From positions 2,130,001 through 2,162,000 of the forward strand of contig CP178758.1 of the NCBI GenBank assembly GCA_047651235.1: DNA of 32,000 nucleotides, given 5' to 3'. Below the pieces are notes generated by a model that worked only from the letters and a program-made list of their open reading frames with translations, did not search any database and had not been told where the DNA came from. The stretch's first letter is position 1; each line of letters begins with the position of its first letter. A program made the position numbers and the translations under genes. The DNA is from Candidatus Electrothrix yaqonensis. Its GTDB lineage: Bacteria; Desulfobacterota; Desulfobulbia; Desulfobulbales; Desulfobulbaceae. This document shows, piece by piece, positions 17,896-26,244 of the stretch.

Positions 17896-18058
17896 AAGAG
17901 GGGCCAGCGAACATTCTGGGTAACGAGATAGCGTTTTTTTTTGGAATAATTATCCATTGATGCCAGATTTTAAAAAGAACGGTCGATAGCCATTACATCG
18001 GGCTGCCGGACAGATCTGCTGCTCGGAATGATGATATAAATTGTCAGGAGGAAAAAAG

Positions 18059-18835
18059 ATGAAAAACGCCGCAAAAATACTTTCGCTGCTGAGTGTTACG
18101 GCATCCATACTGGCCGGATGCGCCGGACAACAGGCGCAAAAATCATGGCAGGCTGTAGAGACGGAAAGAATCAGAGCGGAAGTGCAGGAGCGCGGAAAAC
18201 TGGACAGAGAACTTGTCAGGCTGCGGATCGCCGAGGTGCGGAAAGAGGCCGCCGAGACGCAGGCCAGGGCCGCTGCGGCAGCAGCCGAAAAAATACAGAA
18301 AGCAAAGAAACCGAAGCGGCAAAAGACAGAGATCAGGGTGCCTCAGGAATTACCACGCACCAGAATAACAACCGGCTCGAACCGCAAATTTGAAGAGGAG
18401 TATGGCGAAGTAGCGGTCGAGCCGAACAGAGTTGTCGAACAGGTGGATCATGTTGCCCTTGCCATTATGAAACTGGCAGAGGTCAACTCCAATCTGACTG
18501 AGGTCGCTTTAGCCCTGGCTGAAAACAAAACGCCGGTTCCTGCACAGCAGCCTCTTCCTGAACAGAAGAAAGATGAAAAGGATGACTATATAGCCCGACT
18601 GCTGACTGAAAGAAAAACCATAGTTCCGCATAAACAACCTGAAAACGAAATGGTGGCCGGGATTAACGCAGTAGGCAAAGCAGCCAAAGAATCCAGCTCC
18701 TGGATCACGGCCGCCCTGCTCGGCTGGTTTGCCAAAGAAGCTGTGGTGAGCGTGGCAAATGTACCTTCAATGCAGGGCAACATCACGGAAAACAGCAACA
18801 ATCCGACAACAGCAACGACAACGGAATGGCGATAG
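18059..18835 (+). CDS. Orphan lipoprotein (258 aa)
   Basis: AGGAGG lies 7 nt upstream of the ATG at 18059. Signal peptide with lipobox 'SILAGC'. An Ala/Lys/Glu-rich helical region is followed by a low-complexity tail. No recognisable domain. Confidence 0.75.
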   Translation: MKNAAKILSLLSVTASILAGCAGQQAQKSWQAVETERIRAEVQERGKLDRELVRLRIAEVRKEAAETQARAAAAAAEKIQKAKKPKRQKTEIRVPQELPRTRITTGSNRKFEEEYGEVAVEPNRVVEQVDHVALAIMKLAEVNSNLTEVALALAENKTPVPAQQPLPEQKKDEKDDYIARLLTERKTIVPHKQPENEMVAGINAVGKAAKESSSWITAALLGWFAKEAVVSVANVPSMQGNITENSNNPTTATTTEWR

Positions 18836-19086
18836 CCCCGCGCTCAAGCCGCCTTAGAAGAGATTCTGCCGGAAAGGTTAAATATCGCCCGGCAATCATG
18901 ATGACCGGGAAGGAAGCGGAGATAAAGAAAACAGAAATCCATCAACGTTATCCAAAAAAGTACTCACCCCGGTATCACAGGCCGTTTTCAGATCGCGCAG
19001 CGGCGGACCGGAATCTGGCTGCAGCCTTCCGAAGAACAAGCAGGAACTCCACCGGAGTGTGGAGAAAACGCAAGGGAGGAGGAGGG

Positions 19087-20253
19087 TTATCTTTGGACAG
19101 TCGCCCGGATATACTGCTGCCCTGGCAGCTGGCAGATCAGGCCTTTCAGCTCAAGGCCGAGCAACAGGCCGTGCAGGGTGTTGAGCGGCAGTTCTGTCTG
19201 TTCGGTCAGCTGTTCAATATCCACCGGAGCCGTACCAAGAGAGGACAGCAGGGTCTTTTCCGCTTCCGGTAGGTCTTCCGGGATTGCGGGGACTTCCTGC
19301 TGCACCGCCGTTGAGTTTCCGGATCTGGTGTCTGCGGCAGATTGTCCGGCAGAAGAAGCAAGGGCAACAGGAGGCAGTTCCTGAAGAATATCGTCAACCG
19401 AACGGACAAGGGTGGCACCCTGACGCAGCAGGCCATGAGGGCCTTCACTCTTCGGTGACTCGATGCTGCCCGGCACGGCAAAAACTTCCCTATTTTGCTC
19501 CAGCGCGAGCCGAGCGGTAATCAGGGCACCGGATCTGGCTGCAGCTTCAACAATAACGACTCCTTGGGAAAGTCCGCTGATAATGCGGTTGCGTTCCGGG
19601 AAGTGAAACCGGTGCGGTCGGGTACCGAGAGGATACTCGCTGAGCAGCAGGCCCTGCTCCCTGATTTTTTTGTACATACGGGCGTGGCAGCCGGGATAGA
19701 CCACATCCAGTCCGCAGCCGAGCACGGCGATCGTCCTCCCCCCGGCTTCCAGCGCACCGATATGGGCTTGTCCGTCAATGCCGACGGCTAAGCCGCTGAC
19801 CACCGTGACCCCTGCACTGACAAGCTGCCGGGCCAGCATTGCGCTGATTCTTCTCCCGTATTCAGTGGGTGTGCGGGACCCGACCACGGCAACGGCAGGA
19901 TGCTGCAGGCAGGCAAGGTCGCCCTGGCAGTAGAGGAGAACAGGGGGATTGTGGATATGCTGGAGAGCGGTCGGATACAGCGGATCATCGCAGCAGAGCA
20001 GGTGAAAGTTGCCTGCCCGGACGCGGGCATACTCCTGTTCAGCCCGGCACCGGGCTTTGTCAAGCTGTGCCGGAGACGAGAAAACCGCTGCCAGCCGTTT
20101 GCCGATACCGGGTACTTCAGCAACAGAGCGGCCTGCTGCCAGCACCCTGCTTGGTGCACCAAACGCAGCAAGGAGACGTCGGATCTGGACGCTGCCCAGG
20201 CCGGGCAGAAAAACAAGGGTCAGCCATTCCCTGATATCGTTGCGTTCCTGCAT
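19087..20253 (-). CDS. dprA: DNA-processing protein DprA (Smf)
   Basis: 'VAVVGSRTPTEYGRR', 'VVSGLAVGIDGQAH' and 'AVLGCGLDVVYP' form the Rossmann-like DprA core. A C-terminal winged-helix-like extension follows. Confidence 0.9.
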   Translation of the reverse strand: MQERNDIREWLTLVFLPGLGSVQIRRLLAAFGAPSRVLAAGRSVAEVPGIGKRLAAVFSSPAQLDKARCRAEQEYARVRAGNFHLLCCDDPLYPTALQHIHNPPVLLYCQGDLACLQHPAVAVVGSRTPTEYGRRISAMLARQLVSAGVTVVSGLAVGIDGQAHIGALEAGGRTIAVLGCGLDVVYPGCHARMYKKIREQGLLLSEYPLGTRPHRFHFPERNRIISGLSQGVVIVEAAARSGALITARLALEQNREVFAVPGSIESPKSEGPHGLLRQGATLVRSVDDILQELPPVALASSAGQSAADTRSGNSTAVQQEVPAIPEDLPEAEKTLLSSLGTAPVDIEQLTEQTELPLNTLHGLLLGLELKGLICQLPGQQYIRATVQR

Positions 20254-20304
20254 CCGGTACCGGCTATTTTTCGATTATATTCGGATTATTTCCCGATTTT
20301 TGTC

Positions 20305-20348
20305 AGGAGAAAATGAAACAGGCCCGGCGTATTTGCACCGGGCCTGTT
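20305..20348 (-). terminator. Rho-independent terminator of rpoD
   Basis: Perfect 11-bp stem AACAGGCCCGG (20317-20327) / CCGGGCCTGTT (20338-20348) with a 10-nt loop. On the minus strand it is followed by TTTCATTTTCT. Confidence 0.75.
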
Positions 20349-20396
20349 CCGGGAACTCTGCCCCGTTTATGCTGCAACGATTAGAGTATAAACAAT

Positions 20397-21914
20397 CTAA
20401 TCCTGTACGAACGGTTCCAGAAATTTGCTTCTGGTCGGATGGCGCAGTTTTTTGATGGCCTGGGCCTCTATCTGCCGGATCCGTTCCCGGGTCACATCAA
20501 AACAGCGTCCCACTTCCTCCAAGGTGTGATCACAGCCGACTTCGATGCCGTAACGCAGGCGCAGCACCTGTTCCTCGCGTTCGGTCAGTTCGCCCATCAC
20601 TCTGTTGAGACAGCGTTTCAGGCTCTCCGTGATGGAGAATTCCTGCGGTCCCGGATTGACATCGTCAACAATAAAATCGCTGAGCATAGTGTCCTCCTCT
20701 TCGCCGACCGGCGCATCCAGAGAGATTGCATCCCGTGCTGTCTTTAATGCCGTGTGGACATAATCCACATCTGTATCCAGCTGTTCCGCCATTTCCTCCG
20801 CACTGGGTTCTCTATTCTCTGTCCGCTGAAAATCACGGGTAAAACGAAGCATACGGTTGATTGCCTCGATCATATGAACCGGCAGACGGATGGTTCTGCC
20901 CTGATCAGCAATCCCCCGATTGATCGACTGCCGGATCCACCAGGTTGCATAGGTGGAGAATTTGTATCCCCGGTTGTAATCGTATTTTTCAACCGCTTTC
21001 ATCAGCCCGATATTGCCTTCCTGGATCAGGTCGGGCAGCAGCATGCCCCGATTGAGAAATTTTTTGGAAATGGAAATCACCAGACGCAGGTTTGCCCGGA
21101 CCAAAGTCTGCTTGGCCTCCCGGACAGTCTGTTCGCCGATCTTCACTTCTTTAAACAATTCGTCAAAGGTCCGGCAGTCAACCCCGATGGTTGCAGCAAG
21201 CTCAAGATTGATCTGCTGTTCGGTTGCTGCTGCCGCCTTGCTAAGCCCGCTGTTTTTGTTTTTACCTTCCGGGTTCTGCTGGGCGGCCAGCAGGGCTTCT
21301 CTGCCAGCTTTCACCCGGACTTTGCGCAGCTTTCTGTTGAATTCTTCAACCGACTTTGCTGCGGAAAGCAGTTTTTTGGAGTTGATCCGATACCCTGTAA
21401 GCATATCGGAAATCTGCCTGCCGATAGCGAGGATTTCCTGTATCCGGCCAGCTTCCTGGTCAGTGCCGATTTTTTCCTTCAGCTCGCCGAACAGCGCGCT
21501 CCGACGTTCATGCAGCCTGTTCGCTGTGTCGATACGGTCCAGAAAAGACTCCCGGACAGCGTTCAGCCCCTTTTCATCCTGATCAGATATCCCGTTGAGC
21601 ACCGAGCCTATGCGCAGACTGCCCCTTTTCAGTCTTTTTTTCAGACTGTTCAGGGTGTCAATCCCCAGTGTCAGGCGAAGAACTGCATTCTGGATGGTTG
21701 CTTCGCCCTGTTCAAGTTTCCGGGCAAGCCGTATCTCCTCTTCATAGCTGAGCAGATCAAGACTGCCCATCTCACGAAGATAGATATTCATCGGATCCGT
21801 ACTGAACCGCTCGCCGTAGACACTTGCATTCTCCTGTCCGTCATTTTCGGTCAATGTCGAGTCGTCCGCTTCCTCTTCGTAAATCTTTACAGATTTTTTT
21901 TCCTGGCTCTTCAT
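20397..21914 (-). CDS. rpoD: RNA polymerase primary sigma factor (sigma-70)
   Basis: '[19 protein letters not shown]', '[10 protein letters not shown]', 'IRLPVHMIE' and region 4.2 '[30 protein letters not shown]'. GGAGGAGG SD lies upstream. Confidence 0.95.
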   Translation of the reverse strand: MKSQEKKSVKIYEEEADDSTLTENDGQENASVYGERFSTDPMNIYLREMGSLDLLSYEEEIRLARKLEQGEATIQNAVLRLTLGIDTLNSLKKRLKRGSLRIGSVLNGISDQDEKGLNAVRESFLDRIDTANRLHERRSALFGELKEKIGTDQEAGRIQEILAIGRQISDMLTGYRINSKKLLSAAKSVEEFNRKLRKVRVKAGREALLAAQQNPEGKNKNSGLSKAAAATEQQINLELAATIGVDCRTFDELFKEVKIGEQTVREAKQTLVRANLRLVISISKKFLNRGMLLPDLIQEGNIGLMKAVEKYDYNRGYKFSTYATWWIRQSINRGIADQGRTIRLPVHMIEAINRMLRFTRDFQRTENREPSAEEMAEQLDTDVDYVHTALKTARDAISLDAPVGEEEDTMLSDFIVDDVNPGPQEFSITESLKRCLNRVMGELTEREEQVLRLRYGIEVGCDHTLEEVGRCFDVTRERIRQIEAQAIKKLRHPTRSKFLEPFVQD

Positions 21915-22541
21915 CCGGATACCTCCTCCGTATCATCAGAAAACCGTAATTTTTCGTGCGGACCCCGCGCCCTCTCCGCAGACTCCGCCTCTGCCGCCTG
22001 TTCTGTTCTCAGTTTCACGCACTTCAATGAAGTATTTTCCGTTACCGGCATGTGTTCAACCCTTTCCGTTCAAATACGCTTTGCAGGAAACTGAATATCT
22101 TATAGAAACCATTCCATCACAGCGGCTGCACAATCTCGACCCAACACTTCGGGACAACAGCCTTTTTCCGTAACAGGATGACCGGTCAGGAAAAATCGTT
22201 TGACTCTCCGACGAATATCCCGTACATTTAAAGAAAATAGGAAAGGATATTGTCTGATCAAGTCATTGTGCAGATTCTTCTCTGCCTCACTTCATGAGTG
22301 TACAATTTATTAGATCGTTTGTACAGTTTTTTTTACACTTAAAATGAAAATAATTTCTTTTTAAGTACACAAGGTAGTATTTAATACTTGGTCGCGGTCA
22401 TTTTTTCAATATAATCATTTGCTTTCAGCGTATTAACCATCCTTCCCCGCTCTTCCCGTTCGGGAAAAATATAAAAAAAATATCTGCTTCGTAGAACTTT
22501 TATGCCTGCAGGGGCTATTGTTATTCATTCAAGAAACGTGC

Positions 22542-24419
22542 TCAAGTCTCCTGTCCCTGCAATCTTTTGTATCGTAACGCAAACGCCTCCTTCTGCAGGT
22601 TGTCAACCAGCTTGTAGTCCTTATTCTTCTCCGCAAGATTAATACGTTTTTGCAGCTCCGCTGCTTTTTTTTGCTGCGCTGTATTCTGCAGCCAGAGAAG
22701 AAATGCATCGCACTGCCCGCGCCCCTGATCGTCAGTAGCCATGCTTTCCCCGCCGCCCCTGACCAGAAGATCTGCGATGTATTGTTTTGCTCCGGAAGGA
22801 GAAACCATGTTGAGCAGTTGTTCCGGCATGAGCGGTCCCTCCTTGGCCAGCTGTTCCATTGCGTCAATCAGATCCAGTACGGATGACCCCTCAATAACGT
22901 TTCTGAGTCCGCCTGCAAGAAGCTCGGACAGAAATTCGGGATACAGAATTAAAAAGTTCAGGAGCTGACGCTGCTGTTTGGATAACCCGGCAAAGAAAAA
23001 TGTTTCCGGGGGCATTTCCGTCTTCGGTCCAGAAACGAAAAATTCAGGAGGAATATCCTGCAGCTCATCCGGCATGATATCCGGCGGAGGCGGGATCGGC
23101 ATCGGTTCCTGCCGGTTCTGTCCTTGTTCGGCTAGAAAACGGGCAGGCGAAACACCGAGCTGCTCGCTGAAATGGGCAGCCATCAATTCCCGCTGCGCCG
23201 GATCAGCTGCCTCGCGCATCAGTTCAGTCAGTTCGGTGATGATCTGATTTTTGCCGGAAAGGGTCAGGCCGTGCTCCTGCACCAGGGCGGAAAAGACAAA
23301 CTCCTCCAGCGGACCGGCGGCATCAAGCAGTTCCCGAATCCCGGCTGCACCCTGTTCCCGGACCAGCGAATCCGGATCATGGCCTTCCGGCAGCAGGGCC
23401 ACCTTGGCGGCAAGCTGTTCGCTGAGAAAAAACGGAATCGACCGCCGGGTCGCTCTGAGTCCGGCAGAATCACCGTCAAAAAGAAGGACCACTTCATCGC
23501 AGTAACTGCGCAGCGATCTGATATGCTCGCGGGTCAGAGCCGTGCCTAATGGAGCAACCACGTTGTCGATTCCGTGCACAGCCAGCAGGAGCAGGTCAAA
23601 ATTTCCCTCCACCACAACCGCGCGCCGGGCTGAACGGATCGCCTGCCGGTGCTGATACAGACCGAACAGAAGCCGACTCTTGCTGAAGATCGGGGTTTCC
23701 GGCGAGTTCAGATATTTCGGTTTGCCTTCACCGAGAATCCGACCGCCGAAGGCGACTTCACGACCGCTCATATCATAAATTGGAAAAAGGATCCGGTCCC
23801 GAAACCGGTCATAATAACCGCCCTGTTTTTTTTGGACCGCAAGCCCGGCCTGCTCCAGGGCCTCCACAGGGAAACGCCGCTGCTGTAATCGAGAAAGGAT
23901 AAACTGCCAGCCGTTGCTTTCAGGAGCCGGGGCATAGCCGAGCTGATACTGCCGGATTACTTCTTGGGGCACGCCTCGGTCCTGCAGGTATTGCCGGGCG
24001 CCCCTGGCGGTATCCGAGTCCAGAAGAAAAGCGTGATACATCCGCGCTGCTTCCCGGTTGACCTGATAGAGCTGCTCGCGCTGCCGCATCCGTTCTCGGT
24101 CCGCATCTGTCAGATTCCGCTCTGGCAGATCAATCTGATAGCGCCGGGCCAGTTCCTTGAGGGCTTCCGGAAAGGTCATATGATGATATTTCATCATAAA
24201 GGCAAAGACATCACCCGATTCATGGCACCCGAAACAGTGGAAAAACTGGCCCTGCGGATTGACAGAAAAAGAGGAAGTCTTTTCGCCGTGAAAAGGGCAG
24301 AGGCCGGTATATCCGGAACCGGCTTTCTTCAGCTGAACATGTTCTCCGATCACCTGGACGATATCCGCAGTCTCACGGACCCTTTCTTTGGTCTCTGACC
24401 AGGCTGTATTTCCTGTCAT
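22542..24419 (-). CDS. dnaG: DNA primase
   Basis: Zn finger 'CPFHGEKTSSFSVNPQGQFFHCFGC', RNA-polymerase core, and TOPRIM motifs 'VVVEGNFDLL' and 'LLFDGDSAG'. Confidence 0.95.
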   Translation of the reverse strand: MTGNTAWSETKERVRETADIVQVIGEHVQLKKAGSGYTGLCPFHGEKTSSFSVNPQGQFFHCFGCHESGDVFAFMMKYHHMTFPEALKELARRYQIDLPERNLTDADRERMRQREQLYQVNREAARMYHAFLLDSDTARGARQYLQDRGVPQEVIRQYQLGYAPAPESNGWQFILSRLQQRRFPVEALEQAGLAVQKKQGGYYDRFRDRILFPIYDMSGREVAFGGRILGEGKPKYLNSPETPIFSKSRLLFGLYQHRQAIRSARRAVVVEGNFDLLLLAVHGIDNVVAPLGTALTREHIRSLRSYCDEVVLLFDGDSAGLRATRRSIPFFLSEQLAAKVALLPEGHDPDSLVREQGAAGIRELLDAAGPLEEFVFSALVQEHGLTLSGKNQIITELTELMREAADPAQRELMAAHFSEQLGVSPARFLAEQGQNRQEPMPIPPPPDIMPDELQDIPPEFFVSGPKTEMPPETFFFAGLSKQQRQLLNFLILYPEFLSELLAGGLRNVIEGSSVLDLIDAMEQLAKEGPLMPEQLLNMVSPSGAKQYIADLLVRGGGESMATDDQGRGQCDAFLLWLQNTAQQKKAAELQKRINLAEKNKDYKLVDNLQKEAFALRYKRLQGQET

Positions 24420-24445
24420 AGTTGTTTGCTTATTTGCGATGCGGT

Positions 24446-25444
24446 TTATTGGGAAAGTGTGAGCACGGCACTGAGCACACCGTCAACGACCTGAGCCGTC
24501 CGTTGATAATCCAGAGTGTCCGGGGTGTCCTGCGCCGTGTGGTAGTTCGGGTTCCTGAGAAAAGCGGTGTCTGTAATCATCACGGCAGGATAGCCCTGGT
24601 GCCAGTAATTGCGATGATCAGAAAGATCCGCGCCGAACAGGATCGGACCGGAATAACTCAGGGCCTGGAGATCGGAGGCTCCGTTGAAGCAGCGTTTCAC
24701 GGTCTTGGCCAGCTGACGGTCCTGCCAGCGTCCGACAATGGCCGCATAGAGACCGTGAGCAGGGTAGGCCGCCCGGAGTGCCCAGGAGGAATAGTCCTGC
24801 TGTTCAACAAAATAGCCGATCATTTCCAGGCAGAGCATGGCCCTGACCGTCCGGCCCTGATCGGCCAGGCTGCGGGCGTGGACTGCGCTGCCCATCTGGT
24901 CTGTACCGAAGAAAGGCGGTTCTTCGGTGGCAAAGGCCACCAGCTCAATACCGGCAGACAGCTTCTCCGGATTCCGCAGACTCAGAAGCCGGGCCAGTTC
25001 AAGCAGTCCGGCTGCACCGCTGGCATTATCGTCTGCCCCGGGCAGGTCGCCTGCCGCATCATAATGCGCACCCACCACAACCAAAGGCCCTGCAGTTTGG
25101 CCGAATCGGGCAACGATATTGATCTGTTCCGTCTGTCCCGGCGCAGCAGCTGATGCGGTAAAGGGCTGCAGGGAAACTTCGGCGCCGGGAACGGCGAGCC
25201 CGGTCTGCAGGTAGGCAACCGTGGCAGCAAGCTGTTCAGGATGGTTGTGGTTGCGGGTCGCAAGGTCTTCCGCCAAATATCTGACATGGCTGCGCAGACG
25301 ATCCGCATCGGCTCGGGGGCCGGGAGGAAAAGGCGTTTTTTTTGAGGTCGGCTGCCGTACGGCCAGGATAGCCGGAATACCGATCACCAGAAAAAAAGAG
25401 ACAACAGCGGTCAGGATACGAAGTATGCTCTGCAGGAGTTTCAT
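24446..25444 (-). CDS. M28-family Zn aminopeptidase, membrane-anchored or secreted
   Basis: N-terminal hydrophobic anchor. 'VVGAHYDAAGDLPGADDNASGAAGLLELAR' and 'FATEEPPFFG' match the M28 metal ligands. Confidence 0.85.
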   Translation of the reverse strand: MKLLQSILRILTAVVSFFLVIGIPAILAVRQPTSKKTPFPPGPRADADRLRSHVRYLAEDLATRNHNHPEQLAATVAYLQTGLAVPGAEVSLQPFTASAAAPGQTEQINIVARFGQTAGPLVVVGAHYDAAGDLPGADDNASGAAGLLELARLLSLRNPEKLSAGIELVAFATEEPPFFGTDQMGSAVHARSLADQGRTVRAMLCLEMIGYFVEQQDYSSWALRAAYPAHGLYAAIVGRWQDRQLAKTVKRCFNGASDLQALSYSGPILFGADLSDHRNYWHQGYPAVMITDTAFLRNPNYHTAQDTPDTLDYQRTAQVVDGVLSAVLTLSQ

Positions 25445-25653
25445 GGGGGATCCTGTTTCTCGGATTATCCAGCGTTATTCGGCAGTAAGGCCTGCCGGGG
25501 TCAAGGCCGCGACCGATATCGGGTAATAGCATCGACATAATACCATAAATCATCATTTAATCATCGCTTGAATCCTTGACCAAATGCGGGCAACGGAGTA
25601 CTTTGGCACAATTTGTCCCCATTGACAGATGACAATGAACAGGTGTACAGCAT

Positions 25654-26160
25654 ATGGCTGCAATCAGTTCTGCTCCGAAATCGGCAGCAGTGCATATCCG
25701 ACCGGCCCGTATGAGCGATATCAGGGCGATACACGCTCTGCTGCGGCAGTTTGCCGACAAAGGTCTGCTGCTGGGCCGTTCCATCAGTTCCCTGTATGAT
25801 CAGCTGCGTGATTTTGTTGTTTTTGACGACAACGGTATTCAGGGCGTCTGCTCCCTGCATATCTGCTGGGAAAACCTGGCTGAAATCCGTTCGCTGGCCG
25901 TTGCGGAACAGGCGCAGGGCAGGGGGATCGGCAGGCAGCTCGTGGAATCCTGCCTTGATGAGGCATGGAGTCTTGAAATCGGCAAAGTTTTTGTCCTGAC
26001 CTACCAGGTTGATTTTTTCCGGAAGTTGCAGTTTGTCGATATTGAAAAAAACGACCTGCCCCATAAAATCTGGAGCGACTGTCTGCAATGCCCGAAATTT
26101 CCGGACTGTGATGAAGAAGCCCTGATCCGGACAATAAAGCTGGAGCAGAAAGAACGTTGA
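25654..26160 (+). CDS. GNAT N-acetyltransferase (short ArgA-like amino-acid N-acetyltransferase type)
   Basis: 'IRPARMSDIRAIHALL' and the acetyl-CoA motif 'LAVAEQAQGRGIGRQLV'. The Cys-containing tail 'WSDCLQCPKFPDCDEEA' is seen in short NAGS-like GNATs. Confidence 0.75.
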   Translation: MAAISSAPKSAAVHIRPARMSDIRAIHALLRQFADKGLLLGRSISSLYDQLRDFVVFDDNGIQGVCSLHICWENLAEIRSLAVAEQAQGRGIGRQLVESCLDEAWSLEIGKVFVLTYQVDFFRKLQFVDIEKNDLPHKIWSDCLQCPKFPDCDEEALIRTIKLEQKER

Positions 26161-26244
26161 AGAAAGCTGAAACTGCTTCATGCGTCAACAATTCAGAAAA
26201 GAGAGATGAAAGGAGCCCGCAGATGCGGTCTGCGGAGAGATTGA

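Noticed and set aside
18826-19272. 148-aa plus-strand ORF spanning the lipoprotein-dprA gap
   Set aside because: It overlaps the 3' end of dprA on the opposite strand, is Arg-rich and low-complexity, and has no SD. It is most likely spurious.
20754-22094. 446-aa plus-strand ORF antisense to rpoD
   Set aside because: It is a codon-aligned shadow of rpoD (21914-20754+1 is divisible by 3). No SD and no motifs.
22407-22419. Fur-box-like CAATATAATCATT in the dnaG-rpoD spacer
   Set aside because: Only a 9-nt half-site (ATAATCATT) matches the 19-bp Fur consensus, there is no palindromic partner, and the context is AT-rich, so a chance match is likely.
25604-25620. Sigma-54-like TGGCAC upstream of the GNAT gene
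   Set aside because: The downstream -12 element is missing: the sequence reads TGGCAC-aattt-GTCC instead of TTGC(A/T) at the required spacing.
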